DNA of 64,000 nt from the NCBI GenBank assembly GCA_051294375.1, contig CM119264.1, forward strand, positions 3,666,689 to 3,730,688. The letters run 5' to 3'. The notes under the pieces are model-generated. The model worked only from the letters and a program-made list of their open reading frames with translations. It was not told the origin of the DNA and ran no database searches. A program made the position numbers and the translations under genes. This DNA is from Paraspadella gotoi. Its lineage: Eukaryota > Animalia > Chaetognatha. Shown here piece by piece: positions 37,576-50,230 of the stretch (position 1 is the first letter of the stretch; the number at the start of each line of letters is the position of its first letter).

Positions 37576-38225
37576 TCACTCGAAATCCTTGGACGGATGA
37601 TGATTGAGATACTTGACCAACTCGCTGGCCAACTTCACCGCCGTCACCAGCGTCTCTCCCTCGACGCTCTCGTCCGCGAATGCGTCCGTCCCCTCGTCGT
37701 CGTCGTCGTAGTCATCGTCGTCCTCCGGAAATCTCAACTCGTCAATCCGCCGTACGCTCTCGTCCGAACCCTCGTAGTCGTCGTCGTACTCTTCGAACGT
37801 CGATCCCGTGCGCATCTTCTCCTTGTCCGCGTGATATTTGTGCACGTGCGTGCTAAGATGTCGGTACGTGCCTTTGGGTCCTCCGTGCGGACCCTTGTAG
37901 CCTCGTTCGTACTTGTAACCCGTCTCCACGTGGTTGTGGCTGTGATAATGACGATGATTGTGGTTGTGGTTCTCCACAACCGGAGCTTCTTCTTCCGAAG
38001 AGGTTAAGTATTTAGTTTTAGTGTAGGTCGTCCCGTATTTGTGGTAGTCAGCCTGTTTGGGTTTGTGCCCCTGCCCGCTGGGGTTCCGGGCGCGGTGTCC
38101 GCTTTTGTCGTTTCCGGAATCTTTGTACGAATCAAAGCGACGAATTACATTCGAATCCGAATTTTCTTTTTCTTTGTGGATGAAAATGTGAAGAGATTTG
38201 TCGCCTTCGGTTGAAGCGGGATCGC
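37576..38225 (-). CDS. Exon of a His/Tyr/Lys-rich then Asp-rich low-complexity protein (GDPASTEGDKSLHIFIH...NHNHNHRHYHSHNH...EDDDDYDDDDE...PSKDFE)
   Basis: attacag| acceptor at 38226, open for 650 nt in phase 1, matching the previous exon. Ends at TGA 37576, or at an overlapping GA|gtgagg donor. Confidence 0.7.
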
Positions 38226-38240
38226 CTGTAATGATGACAC

Positions 38241-38495
38241 TGTGGCGGTATATTCACACCGCCTCACGTCCACCATCCTTCAGCCAAATCCATTGGCTCA
38301 GAGGGGGAACACACCATCCCAGGCATAGTGTTCCATCCACAGTCCTAACGACTTTCCTCTTCGTTGGCAAAGCGAGACCGTCCTAGGGTAACCGCGCCAG
38401 TGACTGGATGCGTCACTGAGGGTCGGAAGCCCTCAAAGCCAACAGTGAGATGCCCCATCCCAATGGGCATCACAGGCAACCCGCCTGATGCCATA
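38241..38495. mobile_element. Short GC-rich hairpin-dense interspersed element, copy 2
   Basis: Near-identical to 28962-29204 plus a 12-nt insertion. Flanks are acac/acgc, or ctgtaat/ctgtaat under a wider boundary. Confidence 0.8.
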
Positions 38496-38838
38496 ACGCT
38501 GTAATTCTCGCCCTATTGTTTGACAATGTCTGGGATTTTCTTTATATACTTGTAATATAAATTTATGAAATACTGGCTTTAAGAAAAGATATAACTTCCT
38601 TAATTTTAAAAACGATACATACTGATGACGAAATTTGATCTACCAAAAATCAAACAAACAAAATAATGACATTGCTCTGATAGTTATGATTACGTTTATA
38701 TTATTAAAGTTATCTTCTTTCCAACACAACTGTTTCAGATATGAACTTATTCATCACTAAATAAAAAAATACTGTGGTAGTTGATAAAGTTGAACTCGTA
38801 GTTCATACAGTATCTCTCTCTCTCTCTCTCTCTCTCAC

Positions 38839-39479
38839 CGACCCACCCCCCCTTCCCTAGCCAACCTTTCTCCACTTTCTCCCGATGACGACGATGATGA
38901 TGACGACGACGATTCCCGCCACGCCCACTTTCGTCGTCTTTCTTCTTTTTCATGAAATAAACTTTTCTTTTCTCCGATTCGTCGCTTCTTTTCGTCTTTG
39001 GCGGCGTCGACTTCGAACCGGCGTCGTCTCCATGACGACGCTGCGGATGATGATGACGATGATGATGATTTCGATGATGATGGTGACGGTGTTGGTGGGC
39101 GTGGCGATGACGTTCCTCGTGACGGTGACGCGGGTGACGGGGTCCCACGTCGCGCCGCTTTTTCGCCGCGTCCGAAGCGGCGCTCTTTTCGTCGTCGTCG
39201 TCCCCGGCGCCCATGGATTTGAGCGCCGCCAAAATGTCTTCGTCGTCGCGACTGTCGCGCGTGGAGAGGACGACGATGTGCGCAGGCGCGGGATCGTCGT
39301 CGTCGTCGTCGTCGTCGTCGTCATGTTCATCTCTCGCTTTGTCTTCCGGATAAAAATGATGAAAGTGAAAAACTTTTGCGTCTTCTTCGTCGTCGGTTTC
39401 GTCGTCGTCGTCATCTTCGTAAGCGGAGAAGCCGCCGCTGTCGTCGGCTGCGTCTGAGGCGTCGGCTGCCGCTGCTTCG
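38839..39479 (-). CDS. Exon encoding poly-Asp then His/Arg-rich blocks (EAAAADASDAADDSGG...DDDDDDDD...KKRRDVGPRHPRHRH...HHHH...)
   Basis: ggtgcag| acceptor and an open frame throughout. Two phase-1 donors (G|gttggc at 38866, G|gtgaga at 38839) both fit the 38225 exon. Confidence 0.7.
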
Positions 39480-39562
39480 CTGCACCGGAAATGAAAATAC
39501 GAACGACCAATTCAATTTTAACAATTGAGAGAAATGTGAACAATTGAAATTAAAACGCTCAC

Positions 39563-39584
39563 TGTCTGACTGGAATGACGTTTT
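39563..39584 (-). CDS. 22-nt micro-exon (xNVIPVRH)
   Basis: ttttattttacag| acceptor and CA|gtgagc donor; phase-2 end is in frame with the 39479 exon. Confidence 0.5.
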
Positions 39585-40387
39585 CTGTAAAATAAAATAA
39601 AGGGGAACAAAGGAAAAATAGGATTTTTCATTTTCCTTTAATTAGTTAAAAACTTAAAACCCTTGAGCAATTTACAATCACAACCGAATAAAATACAGGG
39701 TGTCTCTAGTAATTAAAAATCGCCATCTGCAATTTTCGCTTGATCAGAAAACTGAAATAACAAACTTTGCATTTGCTGTCAGCAGAACACCTGACAGAAA
39801 AGTTGACACTTAACCACAAATCGTCTGCTGCACGAAATTACATCATTGACAAAATCGTCTGCTGCTCGAAATTATATCATCGATAAAAGTTCGCTCATCA
39901 TCGAAATGATTTCGATGAGTTTTTCTTTTTTCTTCTTTTGTTTCGCTTTTTCTTCTCTTTCTTTCTTCGCCGAAGCTGACTCTCTCATCTTAGCTGGCGC
40001 CACGCCATCCCCGCGCCACGCTACGCCATCTCCAAGCCACGCCGCGTCCTCCCCCTGACCGGATTCCCTGTTGGTTGTCGATGGGACCGCGTGACGGGTC
40101 GGGTGAGAAATAGACGAGGATGACGCGGCAGATGCAAAGGAAGACAAAAGGTTGATTTTTGAAAATTGTGGAAATTATTGCGTTAAATATGAAAAAAAAA
40201 ACTGAGGGTAAATTAATCTATTTAATCTAGTTACAGCAGTGTCGCAGCATTGACATTGACAAGTTTATACCCTTGATGTGATACATAGATTTTTGAAGGT
40301 TTGTAATGTAACGTAAAAGTTGTGGTTTTTCCAAGATTTAGGTATGTAGGAATCAATACTATACAAAGCATACATATATCTAATGGT

Positions 40388-40454
<67 letters not shown>

Positions 40455-41331
40455 AACCGGAAAAACTAGTTTGAGTAATATTACTAAGACTTGAATACAA
40501 CTTCCTATCAATATTAAGTTATTCCAGAAACGAAAAAAAGCTAGAGAAAAAACGATTGAGCGGAATCACCAAAGGATCGTCAACCTGTGCGCTGCTCACG
40601 ACCTTTAATTAAGGTAAATTATACAATTATGGTAAAGTATTTATGAAATTGGTATACCAATATATAATTTTTCATTGCTTAGATACGGACGGCAACGAAA
40701 GAATCTTTTTTTTACAAAGAACTCCATCAAATTTTTAATTTTTTTTTAAATGTCACAAATGAGTGAAAGAATCAAGCACCGACAGCGTCCAAGAGAAATG
40801 TGATGTATTTATTGATTTCGATGAACTTAAAAAAGAAATAAAACTATGTCGGTATATATATATATATAAAAAATATTTGTACAATATCAAGAAAAAAAGT
40901 CAATGCATAATTACTGCTGAACGCACATTTGAACTCTCATGGAATAAAAATAGGTAAAAGTTTATAATATAACAAACGATCGCTTATTTAATTATTAAAC
41001 ACGTGAGAGATTGAACCTTTAACCCGATCACCGAGTATTCGACTCCTGAGTAATTATTTTTCTGTGATTTCTCTTCACCATCAGTGATATGGTCTTGACA
41101 GTGCCTGACACAGATTGTGACGCAGTCTGAGACACAATTTGTGGCAGAGTAAATGACCCAGTCAGTGACACAGTCTAGAAATAGTTTGTGACTCAGTATC
41201 TGAGACACTCGGTGACACTGTCTCTGACACAGTCTTTGAAACAGATCGTGACACAGTCTGTGACACGCTAGTCATTGACAAACTCACTGACACAATTTAT
41301 GACATAGTTTATAGCATAGAACGACTCGACC

Positions 41332-42132
41332 TCAAGCATCCAACTCTGTGAATAGTCGCGTTGCCTTTTCTATCGCATCCACGAGAATTCTCCTTTTCGA
41401 ATCATCGTCATTAACCCGGACCAAGTCACCGCCCCTCGTCCGCACAGGACTCCTGGCCCCGGGGACCCCGCGGGCCTTCGTTCCCCCATGGCCCGTCGCT
41501 CCCCCTTGGCCCGTCGTTCCCCCTTGGCCCTTCGCGCCCCAACGGGTCCTTTTCCCTCCCTTCGATCTCCGCCCCAAATAAACGAAATCATTTTCTTCCC
41601 CAAAATTATCTTCTTTCCTCTTTCTCGTCTTCTCTCTTCTTCCTCTTTCTACTCCTCTCTTTCTCCCCCAATTCGGTTCGATGTAGACGTAAGTTTTCTT
41701 TCCGCTTCTCCGCTTCTGCCTATTTTTTTCCGCTTTTTCGCTTCCGTTCCTCCGCTTCTGCCTATTTTTTCCCGCTTTTTCGCTTCCGCTACTTTGGTTC
41801 GGCTGCTTTTCAACCGCTTCTTCGTTTCCACTCCTCTGCTTCTGATCCTTTTCAACCGCTTCTTTGCTTCCGCTTCTTCGCTTCGGATCATTTTCAACCG
41901 CTTCTTCGCTTCCGCTTCTCCGCTTATGCTCGCTGTTTCTCACGGCGTCGAATAATTTCGTTTCGAATCCCCGACAGTTCGACTTCGAAGGGGCGTCTCG
42001 CTCTCGCTCTCTTTTTCTGTCTCGCTCTCTCTCCCTCTCCCTGTCTCTAGTCGTCGCCCACCGCTTCTTTCTCTCGGTCCCTTGCTCATGGGCCGTGCCG
42101 CTTTGATCCCTGAGACTGAGAGAGAGAAAGAG

Positions 42133-42198
<66 letters not shown>

Positions 42199-42940
42199 AA
42201 ACGTTTTCTCGAAGATACACAAATGTTTTCGTTGCCTTCCAAGTTCTAACTGACTATCGAAGGGTAAGTAAAGAGAAGTTGAACTTACCTCGTGACTTTG
42301 ACCATCATGTTATAGTCGTATAGATTGTTTCCCATTGTGTTTCCGTATCTAAAAGAAAAATAAGATAGATTATTGAATTTTAACATTCTGCACTATAAGT
42401 TGACGTAAAGATTGAACATTAAAAAAAACTAAAAAATCAATTATTTTATTTTGTTTCGTTTTTTAGTTTTACGCTAATGATGCAACACGAACAAATAAAA
42501 TTTTGTAAAAAATGATTGATAGCAAAACTCACAATGGACTGATAAGATTGGCGCCTTGGTAATACTTTTGCGTCCGAATCTGAGTTCCGTTGGCGCCGAC
42601 ATCAGCGCCTCTGACGAGCGCGACGTTAGAGGGATAATCGATCTCCTCCTTCAAAAACTGAACAAAAGAACATTAGTTTATTTTTAACTCCTTTTATTAC
42701 CGCTGCATTTTGATAATGAATTAAAATCTTGAACGAATCGAATAAACATAATTCTCCAACGAATATTAAAAATGGCAATATATAATTATGAAATACAATG
42801 TTGAAATTCATTCTTAATCTCACCTCGAACTTTTCATTTCCTCCTTCGTCGACGGTGACTCTGAGGCTTTTGAGGTCAGCGAAGTTGAAACAAAAAATAA
42901 CAAACGCAAAAACAGAGCCAAGTTTTAATCGCAGACTCAT
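41332..42940 (-). CDS. Secreted prohormone-like / basic repeat protein; exons 42940-42824, 42657-42533, 42348-42289 and 42115 (or 42109)-41332
   Basis: Signal-peptide-like MSLRLKLGSVFAFVIFCFNFA. Three canonical GT-AG introns (gtgaga, gtgagt, gtaagt) with compatible phases 0, 2, 2. Exon 4 holds 42-bp/14-aa repeats beginning KRRSG and W-GRKR and L-GRR sites. Confidence 0.7.
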
Positions 42941-43214
42941 TTTATTTTACAATCAATAAATTGACCAGTTTTAAAATGTATTTATTCTGGCGTGAAGTAG
43001 AATTGTTTTTAAGGTTGGCGTAAAAAATCAAAATAAGAAAAAATTTCGGGGAAAAAAGTGAAAAAAGGAGAAAATCTCGATTAGCACCAGACGACGTGAC
43101 GATTCTAGCGCGACTCTCTCTCTCTTCTCTCTCTCTCTCTAATTTCTCTCTCTCTTTGTCTCTTTTTTCTCTCTCTCTCTCTTCTTCTTATCTCTTTCTC
43201 TGTTTTTTTATTTG

Positions 43215-43304
<90 letters not shown>

Positions 43305-43459
43305 CGGTCGATTTGATATTTTTTAAAAAGCGTCGCAAGGATTCACACTCTTGACGCCTAAATTAAACCACATCGCAACAATTTTCTGCGCCACTTCCTT
43401 AATTTCGAGGGAGGCAGGCTTGGAGAGAGAGAGAGAGAGAGAAGAAGAGAGAGAAGAGA

Positions 43460-43492
<33 letters not shown>

Positions 43493-43730
43493 GAGAAATA
43501 GTTAAGCAGAGTCTGAAAGACTGATAAGGCTCCTCCCAGTTTTCCCTGGTTCCTCCTTGAGCTCCAGACTTACCCCGAAAGCCGTCAGCTAACTTACCCG
43601 GCATTTTCCCCATTTCTGTGCTTCGTCACGTTCGGCGGTGATATCGTTCCCTCGCGGCGACAGATGGGGACATATGGAAACAGATGGCGTCCTCATTCAA
43701 TTAACTTATCTCGATGAGATAGTTGGAACG

Positions 43731-43838
43731 CTTCTCCGATTGTACTTCTTCTCCGGATGTACTTCTTCTCCGGATGTATTTCTTCTCCGGATGTACTTCT
43801 TCTCCGGATGTACTTCTTCTCCGGATGTACTTCTTCTC
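43731..43838. repeat. 17-bp minisatellite x6 (gtacttcttctccggat)
   Basis: Direct reading. Confidence 0.9.
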
Positions 43839-43927
43839 TTGAATACATTTTTAGAAATAAAACATTTTCCCTTCTCTCTTCTTTCCATTTATTTTCTTTC
43901 CTTGTTTCTTTCTGCCCTTTTTTTCAT

Positions 43928-44011
<84 letters not shown>

Positions 44012-44182
44012 TTTTTTTCTTTCTTTCTTTTTTTATTTCTTTATTTCTTTCAATCTTTCTTTTCTTTTTATTTAAATTTTTCTTTTCCTTTTTCTTGGTT
44101 TCTTTCTTTTATTCTTTCGCTCTATCATATCGCACTCAATAACACCAGACTGTATCGCAGTCAATAAACAAAAAGAAGAGAT

Positions 44183-44461
44183 GGAGAAGGAGGAAGAGAA
44201 AAAGGAAGAAAAGGAGGAAGAGGAGAAGGAGGAAGGGGAGGAGAAGGAGGAAGAGAAGAAGAAGGAAGAGGAGAAGGAGGAAGGGAAGGAGAAGGAGGAA
44301 GAGAAGAAGGAGGAAGAGGAGAAGGAGGAAGAGAAGAAGGAGGAAGAGGAGAAGGAGGAAGGGGAGGAAAAGGAGATGTAGGAAGAGGAGAAGAAAGGGG
44401 AGGAGAAAGAGGATGAGGAGGAAGAGGAGAAGGAGGAAGAGGTGAAGGAGGAAGAGGAGGA
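44183..44461. repeat. Purine-rich ~15-bp minisatellite (gaggagaaggaggaa)
   Basis: Direct reading; a stop codon interrupts the E/K-rich frame. Confidence 0.8.
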
Positions 44462-47290
44462 CCACCAAGACTCGTAATTACTCCCGAAAATTTGCGCTTC
44501 TACTCGTTGCTTGGCACATGTACTTCCAAGGCAAAACTTCTTCAACGAGCGTCGGCCATTTTAGAAGGGGGGGCGAAAGGGGTGACCAGGGGCGTGACTG
44601 TGAGACTGTGAAAGGGAAGAGAGTGAAGGTTAATGTACAGCGACTCAACATGCGATGCTAATGACACCCATGTCATAAATGCCTTCAACAATCAACATTA
44701 AAAACAATCGCCCACTGTACCCAGTATGTAAACACTAAAGACCTATCAACGCCGAGCAGAAGGCAACATCTCTCACCGACTTCAAACTGACGCTAATTGC
44801 TAATCGACTGGTTTATCAGTCAATCTCCATCTCCTGTCTTTGTGATTAAGACGAAAAAGAAAGTTTAAACTCGCAATGTAGACTTTAGTTAAGTCTTTAC
44901 TTTTTAGATAATAGGGAAAGACTGGTGCATGACAAGGCTTCACATTAATTTTGTCAGTTCTGACGGCGACGAGAAAGATCAATGATCGAAGTCCACAGAG
45001 AAAACATTGTTTTGAAAATAAAAAATAAAAAAACAACAACAACCATGTCATTTTTGTTGAGTGTCAGATGGTAATCAGAGTACATCCAATCATTTCATAT
45101 CATATCATATCATATTATATCTCTTTATGAAAGGTAATTTGCCATTATGATTCCCGGTTCATCGGGGCAATTTATGAGGATGACTTAACTGGGCTGAAGA
45201 CCGCCAGGAAAAATCAAAAATTTGCATGCTTCCTCAAGCAATGCCTGGAGAAAAGATTGTGTCCAGCGGGATGTCATTCGAATAATAAGTACGTCAGACG
45301 TACCGACGTACCGTCAAAAAAAGAGGAGGTCTTCAGACGAATCCCTAGTCCTAAAAAGGACTAAATCTCGGACTTGCCACTTCTAAAAAACATAAATACG
45401 TCCTGCAAATTCTCAGACTTTCCCGCCCGAAAAACGAAGTCCGCCTAGCGATGGCGGCGACCCGGCGAACCCCGCCTTCTTCGCTGAAGAGAGAGAGAGA
45501 GAGAGAAAGAGAGAAAGAGAGAGGGAGAGAGAGAGAGAGAGAGAAAGATTTTTTTCGAGTGTCGAAGACCGAATTTCATTACGGGAGGCGAAGGAGGAAA
45601 AAAGGGAGGAGGAAGAGGTGGGTAGAAGGATGGGGAGGAGAAAGAGGGAGGAGGAAGAGGCGGGCAGAAGGATGGGGGAGGTGGAAGAGGGAGGAGGCAG
45701 AGGCGGGCAGAGGGATGGGGGAGGAGGAAGAGGGAGAAGACAGAGGTGGGCAGAGGGATGGGGGATGAGGACGGGAAGGGGGAGTAGACGAGGAAGAAGG
45801 GTGGAAGATCATAATAGGGGAGGAAGGGGGAGAAAGAGGAATAGGGAGAAGGAGAGTGAGAAGAAAATAAGAGGAAGAGAAAAGAAAAGGAGGAGAAAAT
45901 ATTGGAAAGGGAGAAGAAAGGACGAAAGGGAGGAAATGAGAAGAGACAGAGGGATTATGATTCCAATGATGATTAGAAGAAATATATATATGTGTACTAT
46001 GTATATTACATATGAAAATTGTAAAATTACTAGTACTTTACGAGATTATATTTTATAATTATAAATCGTTAGATATTAAGCTTAATAAGTCACAGTTTTT
46101 CCGACGGCCGACGCCTCGAACGCGTGACCCCGCAGGCATAGAAAATACAAAAATATATTCTCTATTGTATTTTAAAAGGGAGACTGTTAGTCTTGTCTTT
46201 TGGAAAAAGTGGGAGCATCATCAGGTTAAAATACTTTTAGCTCTGGTTTTCTAAGGCGTTTTTCATCGTTTTTGTTATTGAAAGAAGAAAATGTCCGTAT
46301 AATTTGTTTTGGAATACATACTATGTAATATGAAAGATGTGCGTGACTTCTGTGTTTTCTTAATATGCGGCTTCAAAATTTCCGCCTTCGTTTTTTTTTC
46401 TTTTTTCTTTTTTCATATCGAGGAAACGAAATGTGAGATTTTCAAGAAATATTAATGTTCGCTCACGTTTCACGCAGTCAGCCGAAAAAAAAATTGGGAG
46501 GGGGGCGGAGCGAGGGGGGCGTGGAGGGGGGCTGAAGTTGCGGAAGTTGAAATTCTGAGTTTTTAGAGGAATTTTTGTTCTCTGTGGATTTGAGATGCTA
46601 ATGAAGGCGAAGAGAGAGGAGAGAAAAAAAGAGGAGGAGAAAATGTAACGAGAAAAAAAATAATGAAAAGAAAGAGAAGAAAAAATGATGAAAATAACAA
46701 GAAAGAAAAAGTTAAAAAGTCGAAAATAAGTTTGAAAGAAAAGGGATTGAAAGATAAGACAACGAAAAGAAAACGTAAACAAAAAAAACGAAAACAAAAC
46801 AAACAAAAGAAGAAAAAATGTAGAAAACGCAACACGTGGACACGTAAATTTTGAGGCTACTTTCTTTGCCGCGGTCGAAAGGTCGAGGGGCGACCGGTGG
46901 CGTTCTCTATCGGGGTCAATAGGAATCGGGGGAAGGAGTTTGGGAAAATGACAATTAGGAGCTTTAGTTTAGAGAGGTTGATAGGGGTTTAAAGTAGATC
47001 GGAGTACGGAGCGGGTGGTGGCTTATAAAGGGAACAAGAGATAATTAAAAAGACGGCGTAACTCATATTGAAATACTATATTTTTACATTCATGTTCGTC
47101 ATATGCTTTATCTTGCTTTCATTTAAACTGTTGTTATCGAAAATTACTTTTTACAACGAAAAAAGAAAAGTTATCTGAAGAAAGTCTTTTATTTCATTTC
47201 GAAAAAAACCGCATTGAGATTTTTCTCTTTTTGAAAGAAAAAAGAACAAAAAAACAAAGAAAATAAAAAATAAAAGATAATTCGATCGAA

Positions 47291-47429
<139 letters not shown>

Positions 47430-47830
47430 AAAAAGAGAGAGTATCTCCGCTTGCCTTTGGATTTGGTCTCGGCTCAGGAGTTTCGAATCATGGGGCTTTG
47501 CTTCATGGTGCAAAGCTTCCAAACCCCGGAAGCCCGCGGCCCAAAGCCCCTGGGGATCCGCGGTGCGTGCGAGGCGCGGAGACCGAGTGGGGGGAGGGGG
47601 GGGTTACGGGGTGGGGGAGATGTCGGTTCGGGACTTTCGTTCGCCCCCGGGGTAAGAAAATTCGATTTGGTAAGTTAAGCTAACAAACGGATCTTGCAAA
47701 CTGCGGAATATACACAACTTTATCGAGAGTCTTTCTTTACTCCTTTTTTTCTTTATCTCTTTCCTTCTTTCTTTCTTTCCTCTTTCTTTCCTCTATTTTC
47801 TTTCTTTACTCCTTTCTTTTTTTCTTTCGT

Positions 47831-47878
<48 letters not shown>

Positions 47879-48047
47879 TATTCCTTTATTTCTTTATTTC
47901 TCACTTTTTCTTTCTTTCTTTTTTCTTTATTTCTTTCTTTCTTTATTCCTTTCTTTCTATCTTTCTTTCTCACTTTCTTTCTTTCTTTCTTTCTATCTGT
48001 CCTTTTTTTCTTTCTTTCTTTATTTCTTTTTTTATTTTTTATTTTTT

Positions 48048-48115
<68 letters not shown>

Positions 48116-48855
48116 ACTTTCTTTCTCACTTTTCTCTTTCGTCCCTCACTATCTTATCTTCTTTAACTTTCTTCCAAGTTTCCTAACTTTTCTTCCTTTT
48201 TTTTCTTCCCAATCGAATTTGTTGTTGGGAAGAAAGGCTTTTCCGTTCAAAGGTTAAAACCACGGGTCACGTGAAGAGGAGATGATCAAACTTCGCGCGG
48301 CCCTCACCCACTTCGCCGGATAAAAGCTAAAAGGTAAGTCAACTGGAAAGTGTTTCTTAGACGAGACTCGCTAACAAACCTTACTTCGCGTCGGGTCTCG
48401 GGCTCTTTAGGGGCTCGAAGGGATTGAGGTAAGGTTTAATAATACAGAAGAAAGAAAATGAGAAAATCATGGAAGAAAGAGGGGAAGAAAGATAAAACGA
48501 AAAATGAAAAGAAAGAAACAAAGAAATAGAAAAAGAAAGAAACAAAAAAAGAAAGATAGAAAGGAAAAAAAGAAAGAAACAAAGAAAAAAGCAGAAAGAA
48601 AGAAAGAAAGATAGAAAGAAAAAAAAAGAAAGAAAGAAAGAAAGAAAGAAAGAAAAAAAAGGACAGAAAGAAACACGAAAAAAAAAATAAATGGAAAGAA
48701 AAGAGAAGGGAAAATAGAGAGCGAGAGAGTAAAACAGAGAGAGAGAGGGAATGAGCGAGAAAGAGAGAGAGACCTCTGGCTTTTTGATAAAAGATTGAGT
48801 GGCGCAGATGCTTTGGGATCGATAAGGAAAAAGAGTTAAAAATCCTTTGAGACGT

Positions 48856-49176
48856 GAACCGGAACTCGAGACGGAAGTAGAACCGGAACTCGAGACGGAA
48901 GTAGAACCAAAACTTGAACCGGAAGTAGAACCAAAACTTGAATCGGAAGTAGAACCAAAACTTTAACCGGAAGTAAAACCCAAACCTGAACCGGAAGTAG
49001 AACCAAAACTTTAACCGGAAGTAGAACCAAAACTTTAACCGGAAGTAGAACAAAAACTTGAACCGGAAGTAGAACCAAAACTTGAACCGGAAGTAGAACA
49101 AAAGCTTTAACCGGAAGTAGAACAAAAACTTGTTCCGGAAGTAGAACCCAAACTTTACCCGGGAGTATAACCAAAA
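48856..49176. repeat. 24-bp minisatellite x13 (ccggaagtagaaccaaaacttgaa)
   Basis: The ggaagta core recurs every 24 nt from ~48873 to ~49161. Confidence 0.92.
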
Positions 49177-49289
49177 GCGGCTCTTGTAATTAAATCGTAA
49201 GACAAGTTAAAAAACTAAATCGAATATACAAAGCGGAATCAAACAATATTTCAAGCTCTCCACCGTAAAGTTATCTCTGCTCCTGATCC

Positions 49290-49354
<65 letters not shown>

Positions 49355-50114
49355 GAAATAGAAAGAGAAAAACGAAAGAATCAGAGGCGACGACATTTCC
49401 GATCTTCACGTGGCGTCCGCATCGAGTGGCATCGAAATGGCATCGGGCGACATCGACTAGCATCGACTGGCAATATTTTAAATTACATCAGATGACTTAA
49501 GTGGAATAGAATAAATAGATAGTTTTGCGAATCATTTATTTATTTCATAATACTCAGAAGAAGAAAAAATACACGACATTGATTATGCAGTAAAGCGTAG
49601 CAAAAATATTAAAATCAAGTAGAATCAAAATTCAAATAGTAGATCATGAGCAGATTTGTACCTGCACCACGAAAGGTCAGCGGTGGCGGCGGTGGCGGCG
49701 GTGATAGTCAGGGCCAGTCGATCGATGATGGAACATTTTTTAACCTTGGGAAGAAGATGAGACTCGAATTTTGGAAATTGAGAAAATTGAGAAAATTTAA
49801 AATAAAAAAAATATTCATTTTCTTTTTTTTTGTTTTTTTTTGTTTTTTTTTTGTCGTGTCAAAATGAACGGAAAATCTAAGGCAAAAAAATGCAAAGGAA
49901 AGAAAAGAAAGATAAATAGCAATTTTTGTTTTCTATTTTTAGCCGATCAGGACCGACGAGTCTTTTTGTCGTCGTTATCGACTAAAGAAGTTTCGATAGC
50001 TTCTTTCCGTTTTCTTCCCGATTGGTAAAATGGGTAAGCGAAGAAAATGAGTTTTTTCAAATTATTTTCGAAACATGAATCTTTTACTTTTTACGCTGCT
50101 CATTTTTCGTTCAT

Positions 50115-50150
<36 letters not shown>

Positions 50151-50163
50151 CTTCTCTCTCTCC

Positions 50164-50230
<67 letters not shown>

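Noticed and set aside
48856-49176. 24-bp periodic array as a CRISPR array or as the FWFYFRLK repeat protein
   Set aside because: The units are contiguous with no unique spacers, there are no cas genes and the context is eukaryotic; the ORFs follow from a stop-free unit whose length is a multiple of three.
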